A DNA stretch of 63,466 nt, filler included, from Octopus bimaculoides (Eukaryota): the NCBI RefSeq assembly GCF_001194135.2. It is 5 parts of 4 records of this genome, joined end to end, with 100 filler letters (N's around TTAATTAATTAA, not from the genome) between each part and the next. Parts side by side here need not be neighbours in the genome. Positions count along the whole stretch, not along the records: positions 1 to 30,731 come from NC_068981.1; 4 more parts are not named here. One strand, 5' to 3'. Shown in pieces: positions 13,702-26,589 of this stretch. The notes below the pieces were generated by a model, which saw only the letters and a program-made list of their open reading frames with translations, did no database searches and was not told the DNA's origin. Position 1 is the first letter of the stretch, and each line of letters begins with the position of its first letter. The translations under genes were made by a program, and so were the position numbers.

Positions 13702-15148
13702 NNNNNNNNNNNNNNNNNNNNNNNNNNNNNNNNNNNNNNNNNNNNNNNNNNNNNNNNNNNNNNNNNNNNNNNNNNNNNNNNNNNNNNNNNNNNNNNNNNN
13801 NNNNNNNNNNNNNNNNNNNNNNNNNNNNNNNNNNNNNNNNNNNNNNNNNNNNNNNNNNNNNNNNNNNNNNNNNNNNNNNNNNNNNNNNNNNNNNNNNNNN
13901 NNNNNNNNNNNNNNNNNNNNNNNNNNNNNNNNNNNNNNNNNNNNNNNNNNNNNNNNNNNNNNNNNNNNGGTGTTATTCAACTCTTTATACTTCCAACAAA
14001 TGTTTCGAAGAAAGCATTGCTATCATTCCAGAAGGAACAAAATGATGTAAAACAATGCAATCTTCTCATCAGGGACAAAAAAAAAGAGAAACAAATATAC
14101 ATATATATTTGTATCTAAGTATATATACATATATATGTGTATCTATGTATATACACATATATATGCGTATGTGTGCATGTATATATACATACGTATGTGC
14201 ATGTATATGCATGTTTGCATGTATAGGCCTGCGAGTGTGTATGCACGCATGTGTTTGTATGTTTAGTGCGTATGTCTGTACGTGTATCAATATGTATGTA
14301 TGTCATTATTCAGTTATTATTTCAAGATTCTTTGTAAATAGAGAAAGAGCCAGTTTCTAACCTAGATCCAAGGTTCCTTCATTGGAATTTCAATAACAGC
14401 AACAGGTTATTTTTGCATGTATGTATATGTGCAGTATTTGGAGTCAATGCATGTGCAGATTTGTATGTTTTGTTTTATGCATATAGTTGCATGTTTAGAC
14501 ATGTGCATATAAACTTCTGGAACATTTTCCAGATTTTTACAGTTCCAGTGATGGATTGGAAAGCTGTATTCTTCGAATCCGTTTTCTCCTTTCTGATTTT
14601 GAGTAGCCTAATTTCTCAAGGTTGGCACGTAGTTACGGTACTACAGATAGAAAGAATCTGTTTACCTGTTGAGCTGCTGTTTTTGTTCTGTTCCTCGGTT
14701 GTGTTGTTGTTGATGTTGTTTCCAGCCATGTTGTTCGTAGTAACTCTCTGCATGTTAAATTCAAGCTTCAGTCGAAAATTACTACGATCTTGAATAAAAG
14801 GCTCCCTCAGTTAATTTATCTGAAGATTAACCAATTATTTAACAGGTCTGATGGTAGTGGCCTCAAAGCTGGAGATAGTATTCATCGTATTTTCAATAAA
14901 TAGTCGCCCACGCCAAATACGCGACTTGTCCCTTCAAGTGTGGTATGTATGTTGGAGTGTATGTGTGTGTTCATATCTGTGAGCATCGCTTAGAATATTT
15001 TTGCATACAGTTTAGCTTCACTGCCTTGTTTAACTCCTTGTTGCAGTTGGTTACTACTTATTTCTTTTATCTTAGCTGTTTGCTTATTAAACAGTACCCA
15101 AATCTTATAAATGGTTGAGTCCATAAGTGATTTTATTCTACTTGACAG

Positions 15149-15232
15149 GTGCAACAGGAAATATACCAAGGTTGGCAGCGTTATCAATTGTGGTATGGGG
15201 CGAGCAACCACGACATAAACACGTTCACGTAG
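15149..15232 (+). CDS. Putative terminal coding exon (short-tail form) of a class B1 secretin-family GPCR: VQQEIYQGWQRYQLWYGASNHDINTFT*
   Basis: Acceptor attttattctacttgacag|GTG, phase 0. Peptide fits the class B1 helix-8 pattern VQxEIxxxWxRxxL (cf. PTH1R VQAEIKKSWSRWTL), and class B1 genes have a conserved phase-0 intron at NxE|VQ. Upstream 7TM exons were not found. Confidence 0.65.
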   Translation: MQQEIYQGWQRYQLWYGASNHDINTFT

Positions 15233-17022
15233 AACAAAAATATCGACAGAGCTTGTACGTTGAACTTTGATCGTTCAGTGTCACATTAAGGATAAGACAA
15301 AAAAATATCCATGTAAAGGATCATCATTGTCATCATCATCATCATCATCATTTTGAAACAACGAAGTTTGTCCTCTGTAATCGAAACATCTGTAGTGTTC
15401 GTTTTTGTTGTCTCTGGGACAGTAATAGAACTTAGATTTAACGTTGTGAACGAATGAATTGCTCGTTAATTGAACTCTTTTGCTGCCGCTTAGAAGGAGA
15501 TAAGGGTGAACTGTATGTCGTGTTTACTTCACTGCCGTCTCGTTTGTCTGTGGCCAAAAAAGAGTGAGTGTGCTCTTGGTACGTTGTTGTTGCTGCTATT
15601 GTTCTTGTTCTTGTTTATCCCCTGTTGTAGCAGCGCAATGATCAAAGGCCTTCAAGCCGTAACCATCATCGTGAATTCTTTTTTCACGAATTATGTACTC
15701 TTGATTACATTATCCACAAACATTGGAGAATGTAATCTGGAGTACATTTGTTCATTTATTTTTTGTAGATCTTTATTTCTTCATAGATATTTTGTTTATT
15801 TCTATAGATCATACGGCGTAATTATCAGGTTTTAAGTAAACCATTAGACGAGTCGTTACAGCATCGGGTAAATTGTCTTATGGTAACCAATCTGGATCTC
15901 TCCACTCAAAGTTCCTATCCCACAGGCTTCAACTTTGCCTTTCATTCGGGATCAATAAGTAAAGTACCAGTCTTGTATTTAGGTCAATTCTTCTCCTCCT
16001 CTCACTATTTCTGTCATTGTTTCAGTTTTTCTCTTTCCAGAAGATATCGATTGTGATCAGAATTGTAGAGGGATGGGCACCACCAGGTCTAAAAATGACG
16101 AAGACATACCATATGTCATGACTTCGCCCCTATGACTCCATCAAGGAGGTGAAGTTCTAAAGCAAAACAATACGAAGATTTGGTTGCCATTTCTAGAAGG
16201 CCTAGAGACCACGTGAAGGCACTGTTTCGCTGGCTCGGTCCTTATATGTATATGAAGTGGGCATCAAGTGTTCTACACAATAGAAAATGTATTTACAACT
16301 CAGTAGATTTAGCCCATAAATGGCTAAATTTATCGAAAATTAGTAGCAAACTGATTATTTGGTTCATGCCCCTTAACTGGTAAGGCTAACTGCAACCCCA
16401 TGTCAATAGTAATTTTCAAATTAGCTTTGCTTTTGTGTGTGTGTTTATGTGTATATATGTATATATGTATGTATATGAGTCACAGATATAATAGGAGAAA
16501 ATGTGTACTTTTGTAGGTGGCAGAGTGCAATTGTGTGGATGTGTTTGTGTGCAAAGTACGTGTGAGTGTGAAATCTAGATAGGAGAAAATATCTGTTCAT
16601 CATTCGCGTTATTGTATGTATAACTGTGTGCGCATGTCTGTAAGTATGCGTGTAAAAACTAAACACCAAAAGGTTAGCTGGCTTACGCTATTTTGCTTAA
16701 TCCATCTAAATTCTAAATACAAATCCCTTCGTAGTCGACATTATTTTTCTTCACACAACCCGAAATTGATAAAAACAGTTTAAAAATAAAAAGAATTAAG
16801 GTAAATAACTGAAAGTGTCATTGACATAAATTTGGATAATTAAGTTAAAGTGTAGTGTACCGATTGTCATACGGAAACAGTTCTTGATTGAAATTTATGT
16901 TTAGTTGGAGAAAGTGTCAAAAACTCAGTGATGAATGTTAACAGACTCTCAAAGAAAGGGAAAATAATTTCAATAAAATATTATAAAAAGGTTTCAGCCT
17001 ATAATCATTCCGTTTTGCTTAT

Positions 17023-17535
17023 ACGCAGGTAGGAAAGCCTTCTTTTTTCTGTCGAGTGCTTATGCGCCCCTTTATCAGACTATTTTCTTTAGTCATTGCA
17101 CGGTGATCGCCATAAACTTTAAGCTTATATAAAAATACCATTGTTATTATTTACAGGATTGTAAATCACGGTGCCGTAATAAAAAAAAAAACATTCGCAC
17201 CGAAAGCATAGAGAAAGTTTGTTTAGATAAAAACAAATACGAACTAATATATAGTTCTTAAATTTGAAAGAAAGAGGGAGGCTGATTCGCTGGTGTAAAG
17301 GTAATACACTTAGTCGCGTTAGCAAAGGGATGTAGGTTCGCCTCCCACGCAGATAGGAAAGCCTTCTTTCTTCTGTCGAGGGCTTATATGCCCCTTTATT
17401 AGACTATTTTCCTTAATCATTGCACGATGTTCGTCATAAGCTTTAAGCTTACATAAAAATACCATTATTATTATTTACAGAATTGTAAATCACGGCGCCA
17501 TAATAAAAAAAAAAATCATCCGCACTGAAAGCATA
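17023..17535 (+). repeat. Tandem duplication (period about 324 bp) with a tRNA-like head between the two copies
   Basis: 17023-17215 matches 17347-17535; A-box-like tggtgtaaagg 17291-17301 and B-box-like ggttcgcctccc 17335-17346 lead into copy 2. Confidence 0.8.
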
Positions 17536-19313
17536 TATAGATAGATAGATTTCTACACATTCAAATTTTAAGCATAATCAGGATCATGTATTTAGCCGCG
17601 CTGTGAAAATAGACTTCGGGATTTCACCAACCAGGAAGAACGTACGAATCGACTAAATGAATTTGCATTAAAGGCATGATCAGGATTCTGTTACTTTCCT
17701 CTGGTTGTTTGATGCCAAATTTCTGCTATCTAGGTCTGAAACTGTGAAATTAGAGCATATATACACTCATTTACGTTTATATGTCAATATGTAAACAGGA
17801 TTGGGCTAAACTAGACCATTTGACAAAGTAATTCAAACTTGGTCGTGCGCATTAATTACGTGGCTTAACAATACAGTGTATTGGAGATCAAATTTATAAG
17901 CAGATAAACAAACACATATTTAAGAAATATATGTTTAGACTCGCCGTAAAAATAGACCAGGTATTTTAATCGACGTCTATTTTTTTCCATAGTGTGTTGT
18001 TTATCTACATTCTCTCGGTAACCAGAGGGAAAATAAATAAATCGTGGCGTAGCCTCTTCTCTATATACATAGAGATATACTAACGCTTGTGTGTGCGAGT
18101 GTACGTGTTTAAGTTTGGGGCGGAAGTTAGTTTTGACTACAATTGCAAGCTTCATTTTGACTAGATCTTCAAGTTTAATCAACCAGAAGTTGACTGAGCC
18201 GTCAGCCGAAGTTCATTGTCCCAGTCAAAACTAGTTATATAATAAATTTTACTCCAATTTAGTATTGAGTCTCCTCGTCAGTAAATATTCTGTTGTTACC
18301 CTTTAAATTTCTGGAGAATAATAACCTCAAAATTAACACACATGCACATACATATGTTGTATATGATAAAGCAAACGGTTTAGATTTTCGATTATAAAAT
18401 TAACTTGAGATACAATCAATCATTCTACAAGTACAAATCCAATATCAAAAAATCTTGCACAAAACCGTTTGCAAGAATCAAACAATGAATTTGTTGTAAA
18501 CTAGTCGACTGTGTCATCCATTGCACCCAAAAGCTCCCAGTTCAGTTCGTCTGCTGAGATTAATGCTTATAAAATGCTGTTACACAAACCACATGAGAAT
18601 CCTTGTTATTTTCGGAGCACTTAACTTTAGTCTGCAGAGAGATTATTTCACGTTTCGTTTCTTTAATCATTTAACATGCTTTTCGTAACTGAAATTTTCC
18701 GCACTATTGTGATCGAAACAATCACAAGCATACTAAATTCTAGTTGTAGAAGAAAAATAAAAAGGTAAAAATTTTCCATTATAAAATAAACTTTAAATTA
18801 AATTTGACGCTTTACAAGCATAAATCCAGAGCAAGAAAAGTACGTGGAGTATTTAAATTGTGAAAACTATGTTAAAATAAAAATATAAAACGTGAAAAAT
18901 TAAATTATCTCTCCAACAGCTTAGAGTTAAGTGCTATGAAAATACTGAGGATTCTCGTAAACAGACGAAATAGGTAAGTAGCTTCTGTAACAGCACTTAA
19001 TAAGCACTAATACGTGTGATTGCAGCTCTCTGAGAATGCTTTGGTACAATGGTTAACACGGCTAGGTGATTTACGACAGTTTTGGGGATCGGTTCATGCG
19101 TGTGGTTCAACATTATATACATGTGCATATTTATCCCCATGTCTTGAACACGCAATTGTATAATGTTTAAAATGTATTCCTTATACATATGTATGTATTA
19201 TGTTCTGTGACTTTATATTACATTGCAACTGTATCTCTATACATATAAGGACGCGTGTCAATATATGTGTAGAGAGAGAGAGAATGACATAAAGTTATAT
19301 ATATATATAATTT

Positions 19314-19349
<36 letters not shown>

Positions 19350-19506
19350 ACGCTTGCTTTCTCACTATATATATAAATTTCTTTATATATATCTTTATAT
19401 ATATATATATATAATCTTTATATGTATATATCTTTATATATATGTCTTTATATATGTATTTCTTTATATAGAGATATATATATATATATGTATATATTAA
19501 TATATT

Positions 19507-19551
<45 letters not shown>

Positions 19552-21459
19552 ATAACTTTATATGTGTATATATGTATATATCTTTATATATAGATATCAT
19601 TATATATATACATATCTTTATATATATATCGTTANNNNNNNNNNNNNNNNNNNNNNNNNNNNNNNNNNNNNNNNNNNNNNNNNNNNNNNNNNNNNNNNNN
19701 NNNNNNNNNNNNNNNNNNNNNNNNNNNNNNNNNNNNNNNNNNNNNNNNNNNNNNNNNNNNNNNNNNNNNNNNNNNNNNNNNNNNNNNNNNNNNNNNNNNN
19801 NNNNNNNNNNNNNNNNNNNNNNNNNNNNNNNNNNNNNNNNNNNNNNNNNNNNNNNNNNNNNNNNNNNNNNNNNNNNNNNNNNNNNNNNNNNNNNNNNNNN
19901 NNNNNNNNNNNNNNNNNNNNNNNNNNNNNNNNNNNNNNNNNNNNNNNNNNNNNNNNNNNNNNNNNNNNNNNNNNNNNNNNNNNNNNNNNNNNNNNNNNNN
20001 NNNNNNNNNNNNNNNNNNNNNNNNNNNNNNNNNNNNNNNNNNNNNNNNNNNNNNNNNNNNNNNNNNNNNNNNNNNNNNNNNNNNNNNNNNNNNNNNNNNN
20101 NNNNNNNNNNNNNNNNNNNNNNNNNNNNNNNNNNNNNNNNNNNNNNNNNNNNNNNNNNNNNNNNNNNNNNNNNNNNNNNNNNNNNNNNNNNNNNNNNNNN
20201 NNNNNNNNNNNNNNNNNNNNNNNNNNNNNNNNNNNATAGTCCATTAATTTCTAAACCTTCTCTTTATCTTTTTTAATTGAATCTGATATTTGGACGTATG
20301 TACAGAGAGATAGAGAGAAATAAAGAGAAGGGAGACTCTTTGATATTTATATTAATATGAATAATTAATTTCCAAATATTTAGCTGAACAAGACATAAGT
20401 TAAAAGAAATATGCTTATGGTATTATGAAAAGGATGTTTTCTTAAATATATATTTTTCATTGCACATTCAGTTCATGTAAACTGTTATGTATTACCAGTG
20501 TCATATATTTCAATATTGCTAACGTTATACGTTTCACTGTTGTCAATGTTATATATCTCAGTCCGGTGCTAGTTTGACAGAATCATTAGTACGTTTCACA
20601 AAAGCATCAAGATCTTTGCTCCAGCACTTAACGCATCCAGTTCAAACCCGGCCAAAATCAACTACCTTTTATCTTTTCGTATTTCATAAAATAAAGTACC
20701 TGTTAACATATGCGCGTGTGTGTATGTGTGAGAGAGTGAGAAAATAAGTTCAAAAAGAACAATTCAGACTTTTTGAGAGATCCAAAAAGAGAGAAAAATT
20801 TATTTCTAATAAAGATTCATCAGAGCAAGTAATAAGAATATGAAAATAATAGTTGAAAAATATCGTTATAGGTATAAATATACCATAAACAAGTTTTAAA
20901 AAGTGAAAGAGAAAAAGATGTTGAATCAGAATTAGATTTAATACAAAATTGGATTCAATACATACGCACGTTTCAAAAGACAATACAAATATGTAAGAAA
21001 AAATTATAATCATAGTAATTATAATTAAATTTATGCATTGTCATTCTCATTAGTGTAAGAAATATTTGGAAGGACATCAAAAACGGTTTAAGAAAATAAA
21101 ATAAAATATTACCCCACCTGTATTCTCCCTTATTGTATCTTATTCAACTGTCTGTGATTCCAAATTTCAAAGGAAAATATGGCAGTGTGATGACATAGGT
21201 AACACGACTGATGGGAAATTGCAATACCTCGGCTAGGAAACGAAACTATGATTTCGATTCGAATCCTCGAATGTGTATTTCTATTCCATTATGTCCCCCT
21301 CTGATCAGATAGAAGTAATACATGCGACAAGAAATACTTTTAGGACAACAATTGTGGGTTATCTGCTTTTCCTTAAATGCAATTACTCACTTACAGGACA
21401 ATCAATGAGAGAAAAGCTTGGAATACTACAGATGATAAACTAAGTTTGCTTACGATTAT

Positions 21460-21604
21460 AGGCACAAGAATGGCTGTGTGGTAAGAAGCTTGCTTCCCAA
21501 CCACATGGTTCTGGGTTCAGTCCCACTGTGTGGCACTTTCGGCAAGTGTCTTCTACTATAGCTTCAGGTCGACCAAAGCCTTGTGAGTGGATTTGGTAGA
21601 CGAA

Positions 21605-21661
<57 letters not shown>

Positions 21662-21897
21662 TGTATGTTGTATGTATGTATCTGTGTGTCTGTGTTTGTC
21701 CCTCTCCCACCATCGCTTGACAACCAATGTTGGTGTGTTTACGTCCCCGTAACTTAGCGGTTCGGTAAGAGAGATCGATAGAATAATTACAAGGCTTACA
21801 AAGAATAAGTCCTGGGGTCGACTGGTTCGACTAAGGGCGGTGCTCCAGCATGGCCGCAGTCAATTGACTAAAACAAATAAAGGAATAAAAGAATAAA
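21460..21897 (+). mobile_element. tRNA-derived SINE family A, full length, with internal (TA)n
   Basis: A box tggctgtgtgg, B box ggttcagtccc, CORE-like gcactttcggcaagtgtctt, internal microsatellite, tail ggcggtgctccagcatggccgcagtc..aataaaag. Confidence 0.85.
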
Positions 21898-22173
21898 ATC
21901 ATTGATGCTCCCTCAGATTGGTTTCGTCTGTTTTCCGATTGCTCTAAGCATAGCTGTTACAATTTTGTTAACTAGAGAAGGGTAATAACAATCCTTGGCT
22001 GTTAAGACGTAATCTTCGGTGAATATGTTGGAACTCTGAGGGATGTACATAAATGATTGTAAATCAAAGTAGCTGGGAGTATGTTTTGTACGTAATAAAA
22101 ATTCATTATCTTTTTCTTTTTGATATCTTAATATTTACTTTTGGCTTTAATTTTTTTCTCTTTTTACTTTCAG

Positions 22174-22452
22174 GTTCAAAACGAAATTTACAAAATGTGG
22201 CAAAGGTCACAGCTTAGCGAAATTCCTTGCTTTTATTGTCATTTCTCGTTGTGTAAACGTCATGAATGGAGGCGAAGCCGGAGTTACGATGCTGCTACTA
22301 GACCCTCCGACATAAGCACAGTTGTGTCAATGAGTGTGCTGCAGACACAAGACAAAGAGAGTCCAGTAGGTATGAACTGCATTGACAAACCGCTAAAGGA
22401 CCTGGAATATCAGCCGATGATGAACACTACAGGGGTCATTGAAATTAGCTGA
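22174..22452 (+). CDS. Putative terminal coding exon (long-tail form, 92 aa) of a class B1 secretin-family GPCR: VQNEIYKMWQRSQLSEIPCFYCHFSLCKRHEWRRSRSYDAATRPSDISTVVSMSV...TGVIEIS*
   Basis: Strong acceptor tttttttctctttttactttcag|GTT, phase 0; helix-8 motif; open frame with Cys cluster, RRSRS and Ser/Thr-rich tail; AATAAA overlaps the stop (22452-22457). Confidence 0.75.
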   Translation, partial: VQNEIYKMWQRSQLSEIPCFYCHFSLCKRHEWRRSRSYDAATRPSDISTVVSMSVLQTQDKESPVGMNCIDKPLKDLEYQPMMNTTGVIEIS

Positions 22453-22565
22453 ATAAACTTACAGCATCAACTGCTCCGGATCTCTGTGTCAACATACCAT
22501 TTAAAACAAGTACAATTACAACTACTACAATAAAAATCACCAACAAAGTCATCAACAACAGCAGA

Positions 22566-22603
<38 letters not shown>

Positions 22604-22869
22604 ATGAAAGTTTAACAGCAACAATATCAGCATTACATTAGACAAGAACAACCACAAAACCAGTAAAGCATTCGGGAATGACTTCGACAGCAAAAATTAT
22701 ATGCTCATCATTATATTAAAACAAAATCATCTACATTTGGGGTCGATTCTTGTAAGCCTTAATTGCGTTAAAGATAAAAACGAAAAACTTACTTGGAGTG
22801 AGGCAAAATAATTTTTCTTACAAATTTGAGAAAAAATTATTTTGTGATATCCTATATTGTACAAAAAGC

Positions 22870-22935
<66 letters not shown>

Positions 22936-22938
<3 letters not shown>

Positions 22939-23420
22939 GATTTCATTTATTTGCCACCAGGGTGGAGAGTGAGGGGGAGAATACAAAGACAGTCACAAAA
23001 TGTTGGGGTTTACATATAATGAAATGATAGAATAAATAAATGACAAAAAAAGAGTAAGTATACCCGATATACAATGAAAAGGAAGGGAAATATACATAGT
23101 ATACAAAGGTTATAAAAAAAAGTAGGGGACGATCGAGATGTAGTCCTCCTGATACAAGATTAACTCAAGGAAAATCGAGGAAACCCACTGTCCGAGATTT
23201 CTCTGAACACTAACGACAAGTGCCCTCCCCAATTCCCTTTCTCCGACTGTAAGGTCTACACTTAGAGAGGTACCATCCACTCTTGCCATTTTTGCAACTT
23301 TCACCTACCTTTCAATAAACTCATTTGATGGCTGCACTTCCCTCTCCACCCTCAATTTCTTTTTCAAGTGAAACTTGAAGAAGTCATTGAGACCTTTATC
23401 AAAGAGGACTGTATCAATAA
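22936..23420 (-). mobile_element. Tx1/L1-like LINE 3' fragment
   Basis: Minus strand DFFKFHLKKKLRVEREVQPSNEFIER*VKVAKMARVDGT then 3' UTR ending at an (ATT)n(GTT)n array; clade assignment from recall. Confidence 0.6.
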
Positions 23421-25228
23421 TAATAATGGAAGACTGAGACCTGAAATTATAAATTATAACTTTAAAAATTGCTGAAATAAAGTAGGATTGATCGTGGTTG
23501 AGTATTTACTGTAGATTTGGGTGAGGTTAGACACTCATCCCACCCACCCCAACATACACACACACAAATGGCGCAATTGGGAACTACTGCTGTACAGTAT
23601 CACTGAAAACTGCACGTAGAAATTGAACGGAACACACAATCGTGATAAGAAAACACATTCCGGTTAGATATCAAAAAGGCCAATATGATCGTATAATAGG
23701 AATAGCAACACACTACGCTCAGAAATCGACGGGAACAATATGATTGTGATAACAGAATAAGTAACAACTATTAAGAAAAGTGTCTGCGTTATAAGGAATA
23801 GTTTGAAGCTAAGATGGGTCTAACCTTGGGTCAATTTGAAATCAAGTAAGAAAATATTGAAAGCAAATACGAATCAAATGCAAACAGAATTGGTAACAAG
23901 AAAGTAATAGCAGCAAACTACATAGCCAAAATTACAGCAGCGAGAACAACAATAACAATAATAACAGAAATTGCAGCAACAGCGCTTCATAACAACAATC
24001 ACAACTGTGTGGAACGCAGTGGGGAATAGAAGTGGCAGCACACCTGTCATAACTATACACCTGTCATAGTTACGTTCTTATTTATTGAGCTCAAATCCAG
24101 CCGGGGGTCAACAATATTATCAAAGAACAACAAAGAGAAAATTCTTAACAAAACCAGCCACACAAATAAAACCAAGAAAATTTCATTGAAAAATTTCTTC
24201 TGAAAAACATGCAAAAAGTCACATACATGTTAAGTTGACTGTCTGTCATGTGGAAAAAAAAATGTCCTTTAAATATCTTTAATCGGTTATTTATCAAATA
24301 TAATTTAAATTCTATTCAAACATTAAACAAACTATCAAAAAAGAAAAAAAAAACTGAAAATATTCCATTATCATTAACGAGGAAAACAAATTGACTAAAT
24401 AGCTCTAATATTTAGTTTTGAGAAATCTCTAAATCATTATTTTGTCTTTGTTATTTTAATTTTGTTATTCATTCATATATGTGTGAGTGTGTACTGATGA
24501 ATTATACTTATTGTTAACGAAATGAAATAAACATGAAACCAGAATAACATAATGTTTGCTGTATATGTACACATATATATATATATATATATACTTTATT
24601 TGTGGGTTAACGCGACTACAATTTGTTTCATGTCAAAAGAAATCTCAACAATTATCAAGCTTGCCACATGGGACGCTGTTGGCCTCCATCTTGGATGAAA
24701 ACAACATGTGTGTATATATGTATATATATATATATANNNNNNNNNNNNNNNNNNNNNNNNNNNNNNNNNNNNNNNNNNNNNNNNNNNNNNNNNNNNNNNN
24801 NNNNNNNNNNNNNNNNNNNNNNNNNNNNNNNNNNNNNNNNNNNNNNNNNNNNNNNNNNNNNNNNNNNNNNNNNNNNNNNNNNNNNNNNNNNNNNNNNNNN
24901 NNNNNNNNNNNNNNNNNNNNNNNNNNNNNNNNNNNNNNNNNNNNNNNNNNNNNNNNNNNNNNNNNNNNNNNNNNNNNNNNNNNNNNNNNNNNNNNNNNNN
25001 NNNNNNNNNNNNNNNNNNNNNNNNNNNNNNNNNNNNNNNNNNNNNNNNNNNNNNNNNNNNNNNNNNNNNNNNNNNNNNNNNNNNNNNNNNNNNNNNNNNN
25101 NNNNNNNNNNNNNNNNNNNNNNNNNNNNNNNNNNNNNNNNNNNNNNNNNNNNNNNNNNNNNNNNNNNNNNNNNNNNNNNNNNNNNNNNNNNNNNNNNNNN
25201 NNNNNNNNNNNNNNNNNNNNNNNNNNNN

Positions 25229-25475
25229 GGCTCTTGTGCGGGTGGCACATAAAAGACACCATTTCGAGCGTGGCCGTTTTCGTGCGGGTGACACGTAAAA
25301 GCACCCACTACACTCTCTGAGTGGTTGGCGTTAGGAAGGGCATCCAGCTGTAGAAACTCTGCCAAATTAGATTGGAGCCTGGTGTTGCCATCCGGTTTCA
25401 CCAGTCCCCAGTCAAATCGTCCAACCCATGCTAGCATGGAAGGCGGACGTTAAACGATGATGACGATGATGATGA
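25229..25475 (+). mobile_element. SINE family D 3' part with (GAT)n tail
   Basis: ttggcgttaggaagggcatccagctgtagaaa block, internal gtgcgggtgacac repeats, 5' end lost in gap. Confidence 0.7.
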
Positions 25476-25559
25476 TATACATATGTCATTGCTACATGTC
25501 TAATAAGCTGACCTGCTAACTTTTGTCATTCCAGATTGGAGGGGACGGTTGTAACAACA

Positions 25560-26334
25560 CTTTGAACATGGTTTACAAAACACTACTTATCACAGCTGAC
25601 TAGTTTGCAGAAATTTCTGAAATGCTCCAGAACGCTTATGGCTTTGATTTTTTCCTTGGCACAAGAGTTTCAAGGACGGTAAAGAGGAGGTGAGAGACAG
25701 TGAGAGGTGTTGAGGGAATAGAGACGTCAGAACATCAGAGCTGTTTGAGAAAATTGAAAGAAGTTCAAAACTTTAATTTTCTTTAAAGTAGAATCCTCTG
25801 GTTTCAGTGCACTTGTTTTAGCACACTAGTCACTTCGTGAAGCCCCTCCCCCACCACCCCATGATAGACCGTTGTGTGTCTATATAAACAATAAACATAT
25901 AGTTTGGAGTTCGAGTGGTAACTGCACACAACATTATTCACAAAGATCTGAACATGTGCAAAATGTATGCAAAGTTTGTTCCCAGGCTGTTCAGTGATGA
26001 GCATCCTAGTAACCAACTACTTGACAGAGACATGCACTAAAACTGTCCCCCGTTCTCCCCACTGTTCAGACCCTATTCCCTGTGTCTTTTGATTGTTCCC
26101 CAAGCTGATGGAGAACCTCAGAGGCAGTCGTTTTGAAGATGGAGTCTGTGACAATAGTCCTGGACACCTTCACTTTGGAAGACTACCATTGGGGACTTCA
26201 CGAAGTGGCCGGAGTGCTAGAGCATGTGCATTGAAGTCAGAGGATCCTACTTTGAAGGAGAGTAGAATTTTGTACTTTGAAATTAATAAATGTCTCTCCT
26301 GGAGTTGTCAGAAAACTTTGTAATGCACCTCGTA
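25560..26334 (+). mobile_element. Degenerate mariner remnant (right TIR only)
   Basis: EISEMLQNAYG, HNIIHKDLNMCKMYAKFVPRL, FPKLMENLRGSRFED; ends gtcagaaaactttgtaatgcacctcgta (mariner-type TIR + TA). Confidence 0.8.
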
Positions 26335-26589
26335 TTAGTCTTTCCATTTGCGTGTTTGCTTTACATGTTGACCTTGCCACTTACTGGAAATTGCGGTATA
26401 AACACCAAATATAAGATAAACGAAAGTTGATACGTTGCTTTGTTATATGTATAAGGCTTAAATTTCAAATACATACTCTGTTTATGTAGCGATTATTATC
26501 TTCTGGATCCGATTAATTGAATTTATGTATTCTGCACTTATAGCAAACATAAGGATCCGAATTGATCCAAGTCTTTTGAGCAATACTGA

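Noticed and set aside
14666-14753. Minus-strand MQRVTTNNMAGNNINNNTTEEQNKNSSST followed by donor CAG|GTAAAC
   Set aside because: Low-complexity AAC-rich, no recognisable homology, no partner exon, and antisense to the probable GPCR intron; kept only as a remote possibility.
14533-14940. Plus-strand hydrophobic stretch ..LILSSLISQG and GLMVV as possible GPCR TM7 exons
   Set aside because: Donor is weak, phase does not match the conserved class B1 intron, and the YCFxNxE motif is absent.
16041-16135. Strong polypyrimidine acceptor followed by DIDCDQNCRGMGTTRSKNDEDIPYVMTSPL*
   Set aside because: Splicing from the internal donor in the short GPCR exon (TG|gtatgg) would create an immediate stop; no homology; acceptor alone is insufficient.
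17281-17346. Functional tRNA gene
   Set aside because: Only A/B-box-like words; no complete cloverleaf could be drawn. SINE heads elsewhere were likewise not called as tRNAs.
24489-24535. CTGATGA...GAAA spacing like a hammerhead
   Set aside because: Stem II closing pair and stem I do not form; expected by chance in AT-rich DNA. Similar incomplete hits at 4430-4460, 18250-18282, 20800-20830, 27746, 39640 and 42968 were also rejected.
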